Origin: Squalus acanthias
Lineage: Eukaryota
Length of the DNA: 64,000 bases
Assembly (NCBI GenBank): GCA_030390025.1
Contig: CM059432.1
Span: 94,118,001 to 94,182,000 of the forward strand
Direction: 5' to 3'
Position numbers and translations under genes: made by a program. The notes beneath the pieces were generated by a model. The model was not told the DNA's origin, did no database searches, and saw only the letters and a program-made list of their open reading frames with translations. Shown here piece by piece: positions 1-11,523 of this stretch (positions are counted from its first letter, which is position 1; each line of letters opens with the position of its first letter).

Positions 1-258
1 TATTAGCTGAGTCTATTCTGTAGGAAAGTGCCCAGGATTAGGTCTCTGTGCTTTTTTTTATTTGTTTCCTTTTTCCCTGCCCCAAAGTTCCTGATCTTAA
101 CTGACTATGTGATCAGCATTATTCTGGAACACCAGCCTTAAAATGACACTGAAGAAGAGTTGGTTGGTGTGGTACCGGTGGGCGAGTCTTCTGCTGTTGA
201 AGTGGCATTGTTTTCTTTTCTTTTCTTAAAAAAAATTGCACTACACAATTTGTTTCAG

Positions 259-291
259 ATTCAGAGGAAGATAGTCGGAAAGATGTTGCAG
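259..291 (+). CDS. AKAP7-like: AKAP7-like gene, probable 33-nt internal exon (phase 1/1; xSEEDSRKDVA)
   Basis: Acceptor tttgtttcag|AT and donor GCAG|gtaata; open, and phase-compatible with the next exon. No homology recognised for this short peptide. Confidence 0.55.
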
Positions 292-349
292 GTAATATAT
301 GTGTTGAAGTATTGGGGATGGAGTGGGAAGTAAAGGATGATTTGGGTTT

Positions 350-437
350 AGAAAGAAAGACTTGTATTTATATATCACAGGACATCCCAAAGCACTTTAC
401 AGCCAATTAAGTACTTTTGAAGTGTAGTCACTGTTCG
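350..437 (-). repeat. SINE/L2 3' tail fragment
   Basis: Reverse complement resembles the tail of the SINE at 33895-34290 (ttggctgtaaag...aaat.caagt). Confidence 0.55.
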
Positions 438-1499
438 TAGTGTTGGGAGGTGGTCTAGGTGTCGGAGAACGCAAAGGGATGTTGAAATGTAGGAATATTT
501 GATATTGGATTACTGAAATGAGGTTCTAGAGTATATAAGTGGTGGGAAAAGATGTTGGGGTGTGGTAGAATAGTGGTCTTTGGGTTTGAGAGAATGGGAA
601 TAGTGATGTGCTATTAGAGTCTGGTGGGTGGGAACAGTGGGAGGAGAGTTGCTGGTATGTGGTATAGCCACATCTGCAGCTGTGACCAGGACTGGGGTAT
701 AAGATGTTTTAGGTGCTTCCTGCACTTTAGATCTGGGTAACAATGCTGTAATATTTAAAAGAACTTCAAGCTGGTTCCCCAGTCGTGGTTGCGATCGTGG
801 TAATAGAAGGTAGGCAATGGGTGGAAAGGTGTAGGCACTTGGAGTTGGTGGTGTGAGACAGGAGGGAGTGAAGGGAAAGGTCTGGAGTGTTATGGTAGGA
901 GCAGGGGTGAAGGGTTGAGAATGAAGACTTTAACCTCCCAATTCCCTCCTTATCTCAGAAGTTAAAAAAAAATAATGGGCCTCTTGTTCAAAGCTCAAAC
1001 CGTGCTCGCACTATACTATGAAGTTTGCATTAGAGGCTTCCCCAATATATTATAAATAAGATTGGGAGCGATTACAGGCCTGTCATAAAGTATGAAGCAA
1101 GAAAACTGTGGAGACATGGTACAAATAGCTTAATCTGTGTTTTTTCCCCTTTCACCTGCCATTTTTGCTTTCTGGTCAGGAAGTCAATCTGGCTGCCAAT
1201 CCAAGATGTAGTGTTCTTACTGACATCCTCCTTCCATGTTCAAGTAATTGCATTTCAAATTGTGAGACAATTATGACACATATATACTCACACATTTTTC
1301 ATAAGATTAGAGGCTAGTGAGATTAAAGGCTGACCTGATTTACATCTGTAATGTGTGTGCTTGGGGGGGGGGGGGAAATAAAAACCCCAGGTGGAAGAGT
1401 GCCCCCTGCGCCGCCCCCCTCTCCCAACCCTGCAAATAAAATGCAAGGCTGGCACTGTTAATACAGAATTAAGAGTATCTTGTAACCTATGCCTGTACA

Positions 1500-3815
1500 T
1501 ATTGGCCATGGCACCATGGGTGGCTCAGCTGTACAAGGCGGGAGGGGGAAGGTCTGGCGGAGGTGGGAGCTGCACAAGTCGGACGGGTTGTAGCTCAACA
1601 GGGCTGGGAGCAATGTCCTCGCAGGGAGGTTTGCTAGTGCTTTTGGGGAGGGGGATGGGAACCTGAGCGTAGATTCAGAAGGGAGAGAAGCAAAGCTGGA
1701 AATGGAAAGCAGAAAATTACTAAGTGAATTTGGAAGGCAGAGGAAAGAAAGGCTAGAAAATAGGGGGGGGGGGGGAAAGGGGTTTGACAGTGCTTAATGG
1801 TATACACTTCAATGCAAAGAGTCTAGTGAATAAGGCAGATATGCTGAGGGCACAGATAGACATGTGGAAGTATGATGATATAGCTATTACTGAAACATGG
1901 CTGAAAGAAGGGCAGGAATGGCAGCTCAACATTCCTGGTTACAGGGTTTTCAGACGAGATAAAGAGGGGGATAAAAAAGGCGGGGTGGGGGGGGTGCGTT
2001 GCAATATTGGTTAAAGAAACAGTTACAGCTGTCAGAAGGGCTGGTATGTTAGAAGGATCATCAAATGAGGCCATATTGGTTGAACTGAAGAACAAAAAAG
2101 GGGCAGTCACACTGCTGGGAGTGTACAATAGACTCCCAAATAGTCAGGGGGAGATAGAAGAGCAATATGTAGGTATTGTAGTTAAGGAGGAAGAGTGTGA
2201 AATATTAGATGAGATAAACATAGTGAGAGAGGAAATATTAAAGGGTTTAGCATCTTTGAAAATAGGTAAATCGTCAGGCTCGGATGAAATGTATCCCAGG
2301 CTGTTAAGAGAAGCAAGGGGGGAAATAACAGAGGCTCTGACCATCATTTGCCAATCCTCTCTGACTACAGGTGTGGTGCAGGAGGACTGATAACGTTGTA
2401 CTGTTGTTTAAAAAAGGAGAAAGGGATAGACGAGTAATTTACAGGCCAGTCAGCCTAACCTCAGCAAATTATTGGAAAAAATTCTGAGTGACTGTATTAA
2501 TCGTCATTTATTAAGACACGGAGTAATCAAGGACAGTCAGCATGGATTTGTAAAGGGAAGGTCGTGTCTGGCTAACTTGATTGAAGTTTTTGAGGCGGTT
2601 ACAAGGAGGGTCGATGAGGGTAGCGTGATTTATGCAGTCTACAAGGCTTTTGACAAGGTCCCACATGGTAGACTGGTCAGAAAAGTAAAAGCACATGGGA
2701 TCCAAGGGAAAGTGGCAAGTTGGATCCAAAATTAGTTCAGTGGCAGGAAGCATAGGGTAATGGTCGACGTGTATTTTTATGACTGGAAGGCTGTTTCCAG
2801 TTGGGTTCTGCAGGGCTCAGTATTATGTCCCTTGTGGTATATATCAATGATTTAGATTTAATGTAGGAGCTGTGATTAAGAAGTTCACAAACTTGGCCAT
2901 GTGGTTGATGTGAGAAAGAAAGCTGTAAACTGCAGTAAACTGCAGGAAGGTATCAATGGACTGGTGGGTGGGCAGGAAAGTGGCAAATGGAATTAAATCT
3001 GGAGCAGTGTGAGGTAATGCATTTGGAGAGGGCTAAAAAGGCAAGGAAATACATAATAAATGGTAGGATACTGAGAAGTGTAGAGGAACAGAGGGACCTT
3101 GGAGTGCATGTCCACAGATTCCTGAAGGTAGCAGGACAGGTAGATAAGGTGGTTAAGAAGGCATACGGGATACTTTCCTTTGTTAGCCGAGGCATAGAAT
3201 ACAAGAGCAGAGAGGTTATGCTTGAACTGTATAAAACACTAGTTAGGCCACAGCTAGAGCAATGTGTACAATTCTGGACACCACATTACAGGAAAGATGT
3301 AATTGCACTGGAGAGGATACAGAGGAGATTTACAAGAATGTTGCCAGGACTGGAGAATTTTAGCTATGAGGAAAGATTGGATAGGCTGGGGTTGCTTTCT
3401 TTGGAACAGAGGATGCTGAGGGGAGACTTGATTGAGGTGTATAAAATTATGAGGAGCCTAGATAGAGTGGTTAGGAAGGACCTATTTCCCTTAGCAAAAG
3501 AAAAAGAAAGCAGAGAGGTCAATAACCAGGGGCCATAGATTTAAAGTAATTGGTAGAAGGATTAGAGGGGAGTTGAGGAGAACTTTTTTCACCCAGAGGG
3601 TGGTGGTGGTCTGGAACTCACTGCCTGAAAGGGGGTAGAGGCAGAAACCCTCATCGCATTTAAAAAGTACTTGGATATGCGCTTGAAGTGCCGTAACCTA
3701 CAAGGCTACGGACCAAGAGCTGGAAAGTGCAATTAGGCTGGATTGTTCTTTTTCACCCGGCAAAGACGCAATGGGCTGAATGGCCTCCTTCTGTGCCATA
3801 AATTTCTATGATTCG
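1500..3815 (+). mobile_element. CR1 (HER1-like) LINE, degenerate and internally deleted
   Basis: APE motif AITETWL, RT motifs [11 protein letters not shown] and KAFDKVPH, C-terminal LVRPQLE.CVQFW, and a ttctatgatt 3' tail. Confidence 0.9.
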
Positions 3816-4052
3816 ATATTGAGCACTGACTCATATCATTACCAGGTAACTGTCCAATTGTTTTTTTAAAGGAATGTCAACTGCTTCTGAGTGCCATTCA
3901 TATCCTACTGTAGAGAAAACATTTGTTTTCTTATGAAATTACTGATTTTGTTCATGTATCCTTTATCCCATTGAAATGGGAAATTACTTTTTGGGACAAT
4001 ATTCTGTGAAACAGTTCGATATGATTTAAAGCAAGAATTTTTGCTGTTCTAG

Positions 4053-4139
4053 GTGAATTGTTTCAAGTCTGTTCGAGGACTTTTGAGGAGCTTGCAGAAT
4101 TGCCATTTTATGAGACGGATATTAAGGAACTATTTGAAG
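4053..4139 (+). CDS. AKAP7-like: AKAP7-like exon, 87 nt (GELFQVCSRTFEELAELPFYETDIKELFE)
   Basis: Acceptor ttttgctgttctag and donor AAG|gtgagg, phase 1/1. LAELPFYETDI resembles the LVDMPFATVDI segment of the AKAP7 gamma N-terminus (from recall). Confidence 0.8.
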
Positions 4140-4529
4140 GTGAGGTTTGAAAGGACTCCACTAATGTATGATTGAACTGAATAGTTGAATTTTTTTTAAT
4201 AATTATGTTTAAGATTTTTACCTGCTATTGGTGATGATGACTTAAAATATTAATGCAGGGAAGCACTGGGTCAATAACTTGCACAATTGATGTCTTGAAG
4301 GAGGGGAAAAAGAGGCAAGCAGAAGGCTCTAGGTCAATAATTTTGCCACATCCATTTCTCATCATAATGACCTGGCAAGAGATGCAATTTTATTTTCCCG
4401 TTGGAAGAGTTGGTCTTTTTTAATTTTTTCGCTCATCATCATCCGGTAAAATTCTAGCTTTTATACGGTAGCCTACCAGCAATCGAAGGAAGGCAGATTT
4501 TGCAGAGAAAGTATTTCTCACGGAGGAGA

Positions 4530-4950
4530 ACATCCATCGTGTCGTGTGACACTTCCACCATGTGGAGTGGGATAGATTAAGAACAGATCCAGCAGCTCAA
4601 AATTTGGCATCCATGAGGGGCTTTGGGCCATCAACAGCAGCAGAATTGTATACCATCATAATCTGTAACCTCATGGCCCGGCATATCCCTCGCTCCTCCA
4701 TCACCATCAAGCCAGATGACCAACCCTGGTTCAAGGAGGAGTGTAGAAAAGCTTGCTGGGAGCAGCACCAGGCATAACTAAAAATGAGGTGTCAACCTGA
4801 TGAAACTACAACACAGGACTAAATGCTTGCTCAACAACAAAAGCTGTATGCATAATTAAAGCTAAGCGATTCCACAACCAGTTGCTCAAGTCAAAGCTCT
4901 GTAGCCCTGCTATATCCAGTCGTGAATGGTGGTGGACAATTAAGCACCTG
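4530..4950 (+). mobile_element. LINE family 2 (CR1/L2-group) ORF2 fragment, 5' part of an element that resumes at about 10231
   Basis: Collinear with the uninterrupted copy at 24340-26390 (DQPWF..ECR motif). Confidence 0.8.
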
Positions 4951-4964
4951 GCTGCACAGATAGT

Positions 4965-5888
4965 GGATTCATTAGTTGGCTGCAGAAATAGTGGATCCAT
5001 TGGTTTTGATCTTCCAAAATTTCCTAGATTCTAGAACGGTCCCAGCGGATTGGAAGGTAGCAAATATAACCCCACTATTCAATAAAGGAGGGAGAGAGAA
5101 AACAGGGAACTACAGGCCAGTTAGCCTGACATCAGTTGTTGGGAAAATGCTGAAATCCATTATTAAGGAAGTGTTACCAGGGCATTTAGAAAATCATAAT
5201 ATGATTAGGCAGAGTCAACACGGCTTTATGAAAGGGAAATTGTGTTTAAAAAAATTTATTCGAGTTTTTTGAGGATGTAACTATCAGGGTAGATAAAGGG
5301 GAACCTGTGGATATAGTATATTTGGATTTTCAAAAAGCATTCGATAAGGTGCCACATAAAAGATTGTTACGCAAGATAAGGGCTCATGGGGTTGAGGGTA
5401 ATATAATAGCATGGATAGAGGATTGGTTAACGGACAGAAAACAAAGAGTAGGGATAAATGGGTCATTTTCAGGTTGGCAGGCTGTAACTAGTGGGATGCA
5501 GCAAGGATCAGTGCTTGGGCCGCAGCTATTTACAATTTATATTAATGACCTTGATAAAGGGACCGAGTGTCGTGTATCCAAGTTTTCTGACGATATAAAG
5601 CTAGGTGGGAAAATAAGCTGTGAGGAGGACACAAAGAGCCTGCAAAGGGATATAGACAGGTTAAGTAAGTGAGCAATAAGGTGGTAGATTGAGTATAATG
5701 TGGGAAACTGAGGTTATTCACTTTGGTAAGAAGAATAGAAAAACAGAATATTTTTTAAATGGTGAGAAAGTATTAAATGTTGATGTTCAGAGAGATTTAG
5801 GCGTCCCCGTACAGGAAAAACGGAGAGTTAGCATGCAATTCGGAAGGCAAATGGCATGTTGGCTTTTATTGCAAGGAGGTTTGAGTAC
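4965..5888 (+). mobile_element. CR1 LINE RT fragment
   Basis: [29 protein letters not shown] and FSDD motifs. Confidence 0.9.
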
Positions 5889-8670
5889 ATAAGAACATAA
5901 GAAATAGAAGCAGGAGTAAGCCATTTATCCCTTTGAGCCTGCTCCGCCATTCAATAAGATCATGTCTGATCTTCTACCTCATCTCCACTTTCCTGCACTA
6001 TTCCCATATCCCTTGATTTCCTTAATATTCAAAAATCTATCAATCTCTGTCTTGAATATACTCAACAACTGAGCCTCCACAGCCCTCTGGGGTTGAGAAT
6101 TCCAAAGATTCACCACCCTCTGAGTGAAGAAATTTCTCCTCATCTCAGTCCTAATTGGCCGACCCCTTATTCTGAGACTGTGACCCCTGGATCTCGACTC
6201 TCTAGCCAGGGGAAACATCTACCCTGTCAAGCCCTGTAAGAATTTTGTATGTTTCAATGAGATCACCTCTCATTCTTCTAAACCCTAGAGAATATGGGCC
6301 CAGTCTACTCAATCTCTCATCATAGGACAATCTTCCCATCCCAGGGACCAGTCTGGTGAACCTTCGTTGCACTCCCTCTATGGTAAGTATATCCTTCCTT
6401 GGGTAAGGAGACCAAAACTGTACACGATACTCCAGGTGTGGTCTCACCAGAGCCCTATATAATTGCAGTAAGATGTCTTTACATACCATTTGCTTTCTTA
6501 ATTGCTTGCTGTACCTGCATGTTAACTTTCAGTGATTTGTGTACATGACACCCAGGTCCCTCTGAACACCAACATTTCCCAATCTCTCACCATTTAAAAA
6601 AAATACTCTGCTTTTCTATTTTTCCTACCAAAGGGAATAACTTCACATGTCTCCACATTATATTCCATTTGCCATGTTCTTGCTCACTCACTTAGCCTGT
6701 CTATATCCCCTTGAAGCCTCCTTGCATCCTCCTCACAACTTACATTCCCACCCAGCTTTGTATCATCAGCAAACTTGGATATATTACATTTGGTCCCCTC
6801 ATCCAAATCATTGATATAGATTGTGAATAGCTGAGGCCCAAGCACTGATCCTTGCGGTACCCCACTAGTTACAGCCTGCCAACCCGAAAATTACTCATTT
6901 ATTTCTGTTTTCTGTCTGTTAACCAATCCTCAATCCATGCTAGTATATTACCCCCAATCCCATGAGTCCTACTTTTTTTTAATAACCTCTTGTGTGGCAC
7001 CTTATTGAATGCCTTCTGAAATTCCAAATACACGACATCCACTAGTTCACCTTATCTATTCTGTTAGTTACAACCTCAAAAAACTCATAACAGATTCGTC
7101 AAACATGATTTCCTTTTCATAAATTCGTGATGACGCTGCCCAATCCTATTATTTTCTAAGTGCCCTGTTACTATGTCCTTAATAATAGATTCTAACATTT
7201 TCCCTACTACTGATGTCAGGCTAACTGGTCTGTAGTTCCCCGTTTTCTCTCTTCCCTCCTTTCTTAAATAATGGGGTTACATTTGTTACCTTCCAATTCG
7301 CGGGAACCGTTCTCGAATCTATGGAATTTTGGAAAATAACAACCAATGCATCCTCTATCTCTATAGCCACCTCTTTCAAAACCCTAGGATGTAGATCATC
7401 AGGTCCAGGGGATTTATCGGCTTTCAGTCCCATTAATTTCTCCAGTACTATTTTTTTTACTAATACTAATTTCTTTCAATTCCTCATTCTTGCTAGACCC
7501 TTGGTTCTCCACTATTTCCGGGAGGTTTTTTGCATCGTCTTCCTTGAAGACAGACACAAAAGTATTTGTTTAATTTCTCTGCCATTTCCTTATTCCCCAA
7601 TATAATCTCTTCCTTTTTACATACCTATAGAAGCTTTTGCAGTCTGTTTTTATGACTCTCGCTAGTTTACTCTATTTTCCCTTTCTTTACCAATTTCTTG
7701 GTCCTCCTTTGCTGAATTTTAAATTCTCCCAACCCTCAGGCTTACTACTCTTTTTGGCAATATTATAAGCTTCTTCCTTTGATCTAATACTATCTTTAAC
7801 TTCTCTTGTTAGCCACAGTTGGACCACTTTTCCTGTGGGGTTTTTGTGCCTTAAAGGAATGTATATTTGTTATAAATTATTTATTAATTCTTTAAATGCT
7901 AGCCATTGCTTGTCTACTGTCATGCCTTTTAATGTAGTTTCCCAATCTACCTTCGCCAACTCGCCCCTCATACCCACGTAGTTTGCTTTGTTTAGATTTA
8001 AGACCCTTGTTTTGGATTTAACTAAATTACTTTCAAACTCAATATAAAATTCTATCATATTATGGTCACTCTTCCCTAAAGGCCCCTTTACTACAAGGTT
8101 ATTAATTAACCCTTTCTCATTGTACAGTACAAGATCTAAAATAGCCTGTTCCCTAGTTGGTTCTTCAATGTACTGATCCAGAAAACTGTCTTGCATATAT
8201 TCCATGAATTTGTCCTCCACACTATTACTGCAATTTTGGTTTGCCCAGTCTATATGTAGATTAAAGTCCCCCATGATTACTGTATTACCCTTGTTACATG
8301 CGCCTCTAATTTCCTTATTTATACTCTGCCCTACATTACAACTACTATTTGGGGGCCTATAAACAACTCCCACCAATATTTTCTGCCCCTTGCTGTTTCT
8401 TGGCTCCACCCAAACTGATTCTACTTCTTGATTTTCGGAGCTAAGATCCTTTCTCTCTACTGTCTTTATCCCATCCTTTATTATCAGGGCTACATCTCCT
8501 CCTTTTCCATTTTTGCCTATCTCTTCTAAAAATTAAGTATCCTGGAATATATAGTTCCCAACCTTGGCCACTTTGCCACCACATCTCCGTTATGGCTATT
8601 AGATCAAACCTGTTAATTTCTATCTGCGCTATTAATTCATCTATTTTGTTGCGAATGCTTCGCGCATTTA
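5887..8670 (-). mobile_element. CR1 LINE, near-complete degenerate ORF2 (APE + RT) with 3' tail
   Basis: NARSIRNK, AITE, VVYRPP, MGDFN and SDH motifs plus RT fragments; cataagaacataagaa tail at 5888. Confidence 0.92.
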
Positions 8671-8896
8671 GATTGAGTAGATTGGGCCTATACTCTCTGG
8701 AGTTTAGAAGAATGAGGGGTGATCTCATTGAAACATAAAAGATTCTGAAGGTGATTGACAGGGTAGAGGCTGAGCGGTTGTTTTTGCTGGCTGGAGAGTC
8801 TAGAACTAGGAAGCATAGTCTTAGGATAAGGGAATAACAACAGAAAATGTTGGAAATACTCAGCAGGCCAGGCAGCATCCGTGGAGAGAGAAACAG

Positions 8897-8933
8897 AGTT
8901 AACGTTTCAGGTCTGGGACCCTTCATCAGAACT
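8897..8933 (-). ncRNA. Minimal hammerhead ribozyme motif, mirror copy in the left arm
   Basis: Reverse complement of 9808-9844. Confidence 0.75.
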
Positions 8934-9807
8934 GGAAAAAGCTGGAGATGCAACAGCTATTAAGCAGGTGCAGAGACAGGGTGGGGTTTAGGAGGGGAGG
9001 AAGGAATTGAAAGAACATACTGTGCTTATGTAAGTGGAAGGAAAGATAAAATGTTGCAAATGGGAATGGCAAAATCATACAGCATGAAAAATGGGGGCAG
9101 GGATTATTGTCTGAAATTGTTGAACTCGATGTTGAGTCCAGAAGGCTGTAAAGTGCCTAATAGAAAGATGAGGTGCTGTTCCTCGAGCTTACGTTGAGCT
9201 TCATTGGAACAATGTAATAGGCCGAGGACAGAGAGATCAGAGTGGGAGTATTAAAGTGACAGGCGACCGGAAGCTCAGGGTCACCCTTATGGACTGAACG
9301 GAGGTGTTCCGCAAAGTGGTCACCCAATCTGCGTTTGGTCTCCCCAATGTAGAGGAGACCGATGCTCACGATGCGGTCTCCTCTACACTGGGGAGACCAA
9401 ACGCAGATTGGGTGACCGCTTTGCGGAACACCTCCGTTCAGTTCGTAAGGGTGACCCTGAGCTTCCGGTCGTCTGTCACTTTAATACTCCCACTCTGATC
9501 TCTCTGTCCTCGGCCTATTACATTGTTCCAATGAAGCTCAACGTAAGCTCGAGGAACAGCACCTCATCTTTCTATTAGGCACTTTACAGCCTTCTGGACT
9601 CAACATCGAGTTCAACAATTTCAGACAATAATCCCTGCCCCCATTTTTCATGCTGTATGATTTTGCCATTCCCATTTGCAACATTTTATCTTTCCTGCCT
9701 CTTACATAAGCACAGTATGTTCTTTCAATTCCTTCCTCCCCTCCTAAACCCCCCCCCCCCCCTGTCTCTGCACCTGCTTAATATCTGTTACATCTCCAGC
9801 TTTTTCC

Positions 9808-9844
9808 AGTTCTGATGAAGGGTCCCAGACCTGAAACGTTAACT
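9808..9844 (+). ncRNA. Minimal type I hammerhead ribozyme motif (Penelope-associated)
   Basis: AGTT-CTGATGA-A-GGGTC-cca-GACCT-GAAACGTT-AACT: stem I AGUU/AACU, stem II GGGUC/GACCU, palindromic stem III. Confidence 0.75.
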
Positions 9845-10230
9845 CTGTTTCTCTCTCCACGGATGCTGCCTGGCCTGCTGAGTATTTCCAGCATTTTCTG
9901 TTGTTATTTCAGATTTCCAGCATCCGCAGTATTTTGCTATTGTCTCAGGATAAGGGGTTGGCCATTTAAGACTGAGATGAGGAGGAATTTCTTCACTTGG
10001 TTGTGAATCTTTGGAATTCTTTACCCCAAAGGGTTCTGGATGCTGAATAGTTGAGTATATTCAAGGTTGAGAGCAATAGATTTTTGGACTCCAGGAGAGT
10101 CCAGGGACATGGAGATCGGGCGGGGAAGTAGAGTTGAGGTCGATGATCAGCCGTGATCTTATTGAATGATGGAGCAGGCTCGAGGGGTCGTACGGCCTAC
10201 TCCTGCTCCTAATTCTTGTGTTCCTTTTTT

Positions 10231-11215
10231 CTAACGGGAGGAGGAAACTCCATGAACATCCCCATCCTCAATTATGGTGGAGTCCAGCTTGTGAGTTCAA
10301 AAGACAAGGCTGAAGTGTTTGCAACCATCATGACCCAGAATTGTCAAATGGATGATCCTTCTCCACCTCCTCCTGTGGCCTCCACCATCACAGATACCGG
10401 TCTCCAGCCAATTCTATTCACTCCACATGGTGTCAAGAAATGGCTGAGTCCAGTGGACTCAGCCAAGGCTATGGGCCCTGACAACATCTTGGCTATAGTA
10501 CTGAAGATCTGTGCTCCAGAACTGGCCACACCCCTAGACAAGCTGTTCCAGTACAGCTGTAACACTGGTATGTACCTGACAATGTGAAAGATTGCCCAGG
10601 TATGTCCTGTCCACAATAAACCGGACACATTCAATCCGGCTAATTACCGCCCCATCAGCCCACTTTTAATCATCAGCAAAGTGATGGAAGGAGTCATCAA
10701 TAGTGCTATTAAGCTGCACTTGCTCACTAATAACCTGCTCAGTTTGGTTTTGCCAGGACCACTCTGCTCCAGACCTCATTACAACCTTGGTTCAAACATG
10801 GACATGAACTGAATTCTAGAGGTTAGGTGTGAGTGACTGTCCTTGCAATCAAGGCAATATTCAACTGAATGAGACCTAGTTAACCTGAAGTCAATGGGGA
10901 GCAAGGGAGAAAACTCTCAAGTGGCTGGAATCCTACATGTCACAAAGGAAGATGGTTGTGGTTGTTGGAGGGCAATCATCTCCACCCCAGGACATCGCTG
11001 CAGGAGTTCCTCAGGGCAACATCCCAAGACCAATTATCTTCAGCTGCTTCATCACTGACCTTTCCTCCATCATGAGGTCAGAAGTGAGGCTCTTTGGTGA
11101 TGATTACAGTGTTCACCTCCCTTTGCAATTCCTCAGATAATGAAGTAGTCTGTGCCTGCATGCAGCAAGACCTGGATAACATCCAGGATTAGGCTGATAA
11201 GCAGCAAGTAACAGT
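10231..11215 (+). mobile_element. LINE family 2 RT fragment (continuation of 4530-4950)
   Basis: KAMGPDNI, NYRPIS and GVPQG motifs; collinear with 24640-25640. Confidence 0.85.
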
Positions 11216-11523
11216 GTTAAGATGATTTCAACAGGTTGGCATATATATGTCTTTTGATCACAGTGATTCAAGTAGGGCTTTTATCTCGCACCCATTTTAC
11301 TATAATTACTGTAAAATACTTTATTTTTCATACATGGTGTGTGCAGTCAGTCTTGCTGCTGATTGTGATTTAAGACCAGAAGGTATGTGACCTCCTTTGA
11401 CTGATGATGCAGTATTGAGGGTATTTTCAGCAGTATATTTCTGATAATTAAAATAATCCTGTATATTTTACAGCAAGCTGTTGTTTTTTTTTTGTCCATG
11501 ATTTGGCATTAACCTGAAATAAT

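Larger units (their letters stand above)
8833..9941. mobile_element. Penelope-like element fold-back: inverted arms of about 530 bp (GIY-YIG 3' part plus pLTR), 12-nt loop, 33-nt tail, 15-bp TSD
   Basis: Arms 8833-9361 and 9374-9908 are reverse complements. They encode CSRCGLLY(I/T)GETKRRLGD(H/R)FAEH...PVACHFN. TSD gtct(t/c)aggataaggg at 8818-8832 and 9942-9956. Confidence 0.92.
8671..10225 (+). mobile_element. CR1 3' end interrupted by a Penelope fold-back insertion
   Basis: The CR1 3' sequence (...GHSLRIRG.PFKTEMRRNFF) is continuous across 8832/9957. Confidence 0.88.

Noticed and set aside
136..177. Possible extra acidic exon (NDTEEELVGVVP) upstream of the 33-nt exon
   Set aside because: In-frame TAA at 139-141 immediately upstream, no acceptor giving an open phase-compatible exon, and a weak donor.
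8441..8953. 170-aa minus-strand ORF
   Set aside because: Accidental read-through across a Penelope pLTR, an antisense CR1 and a CR1 endonuclease fragment.
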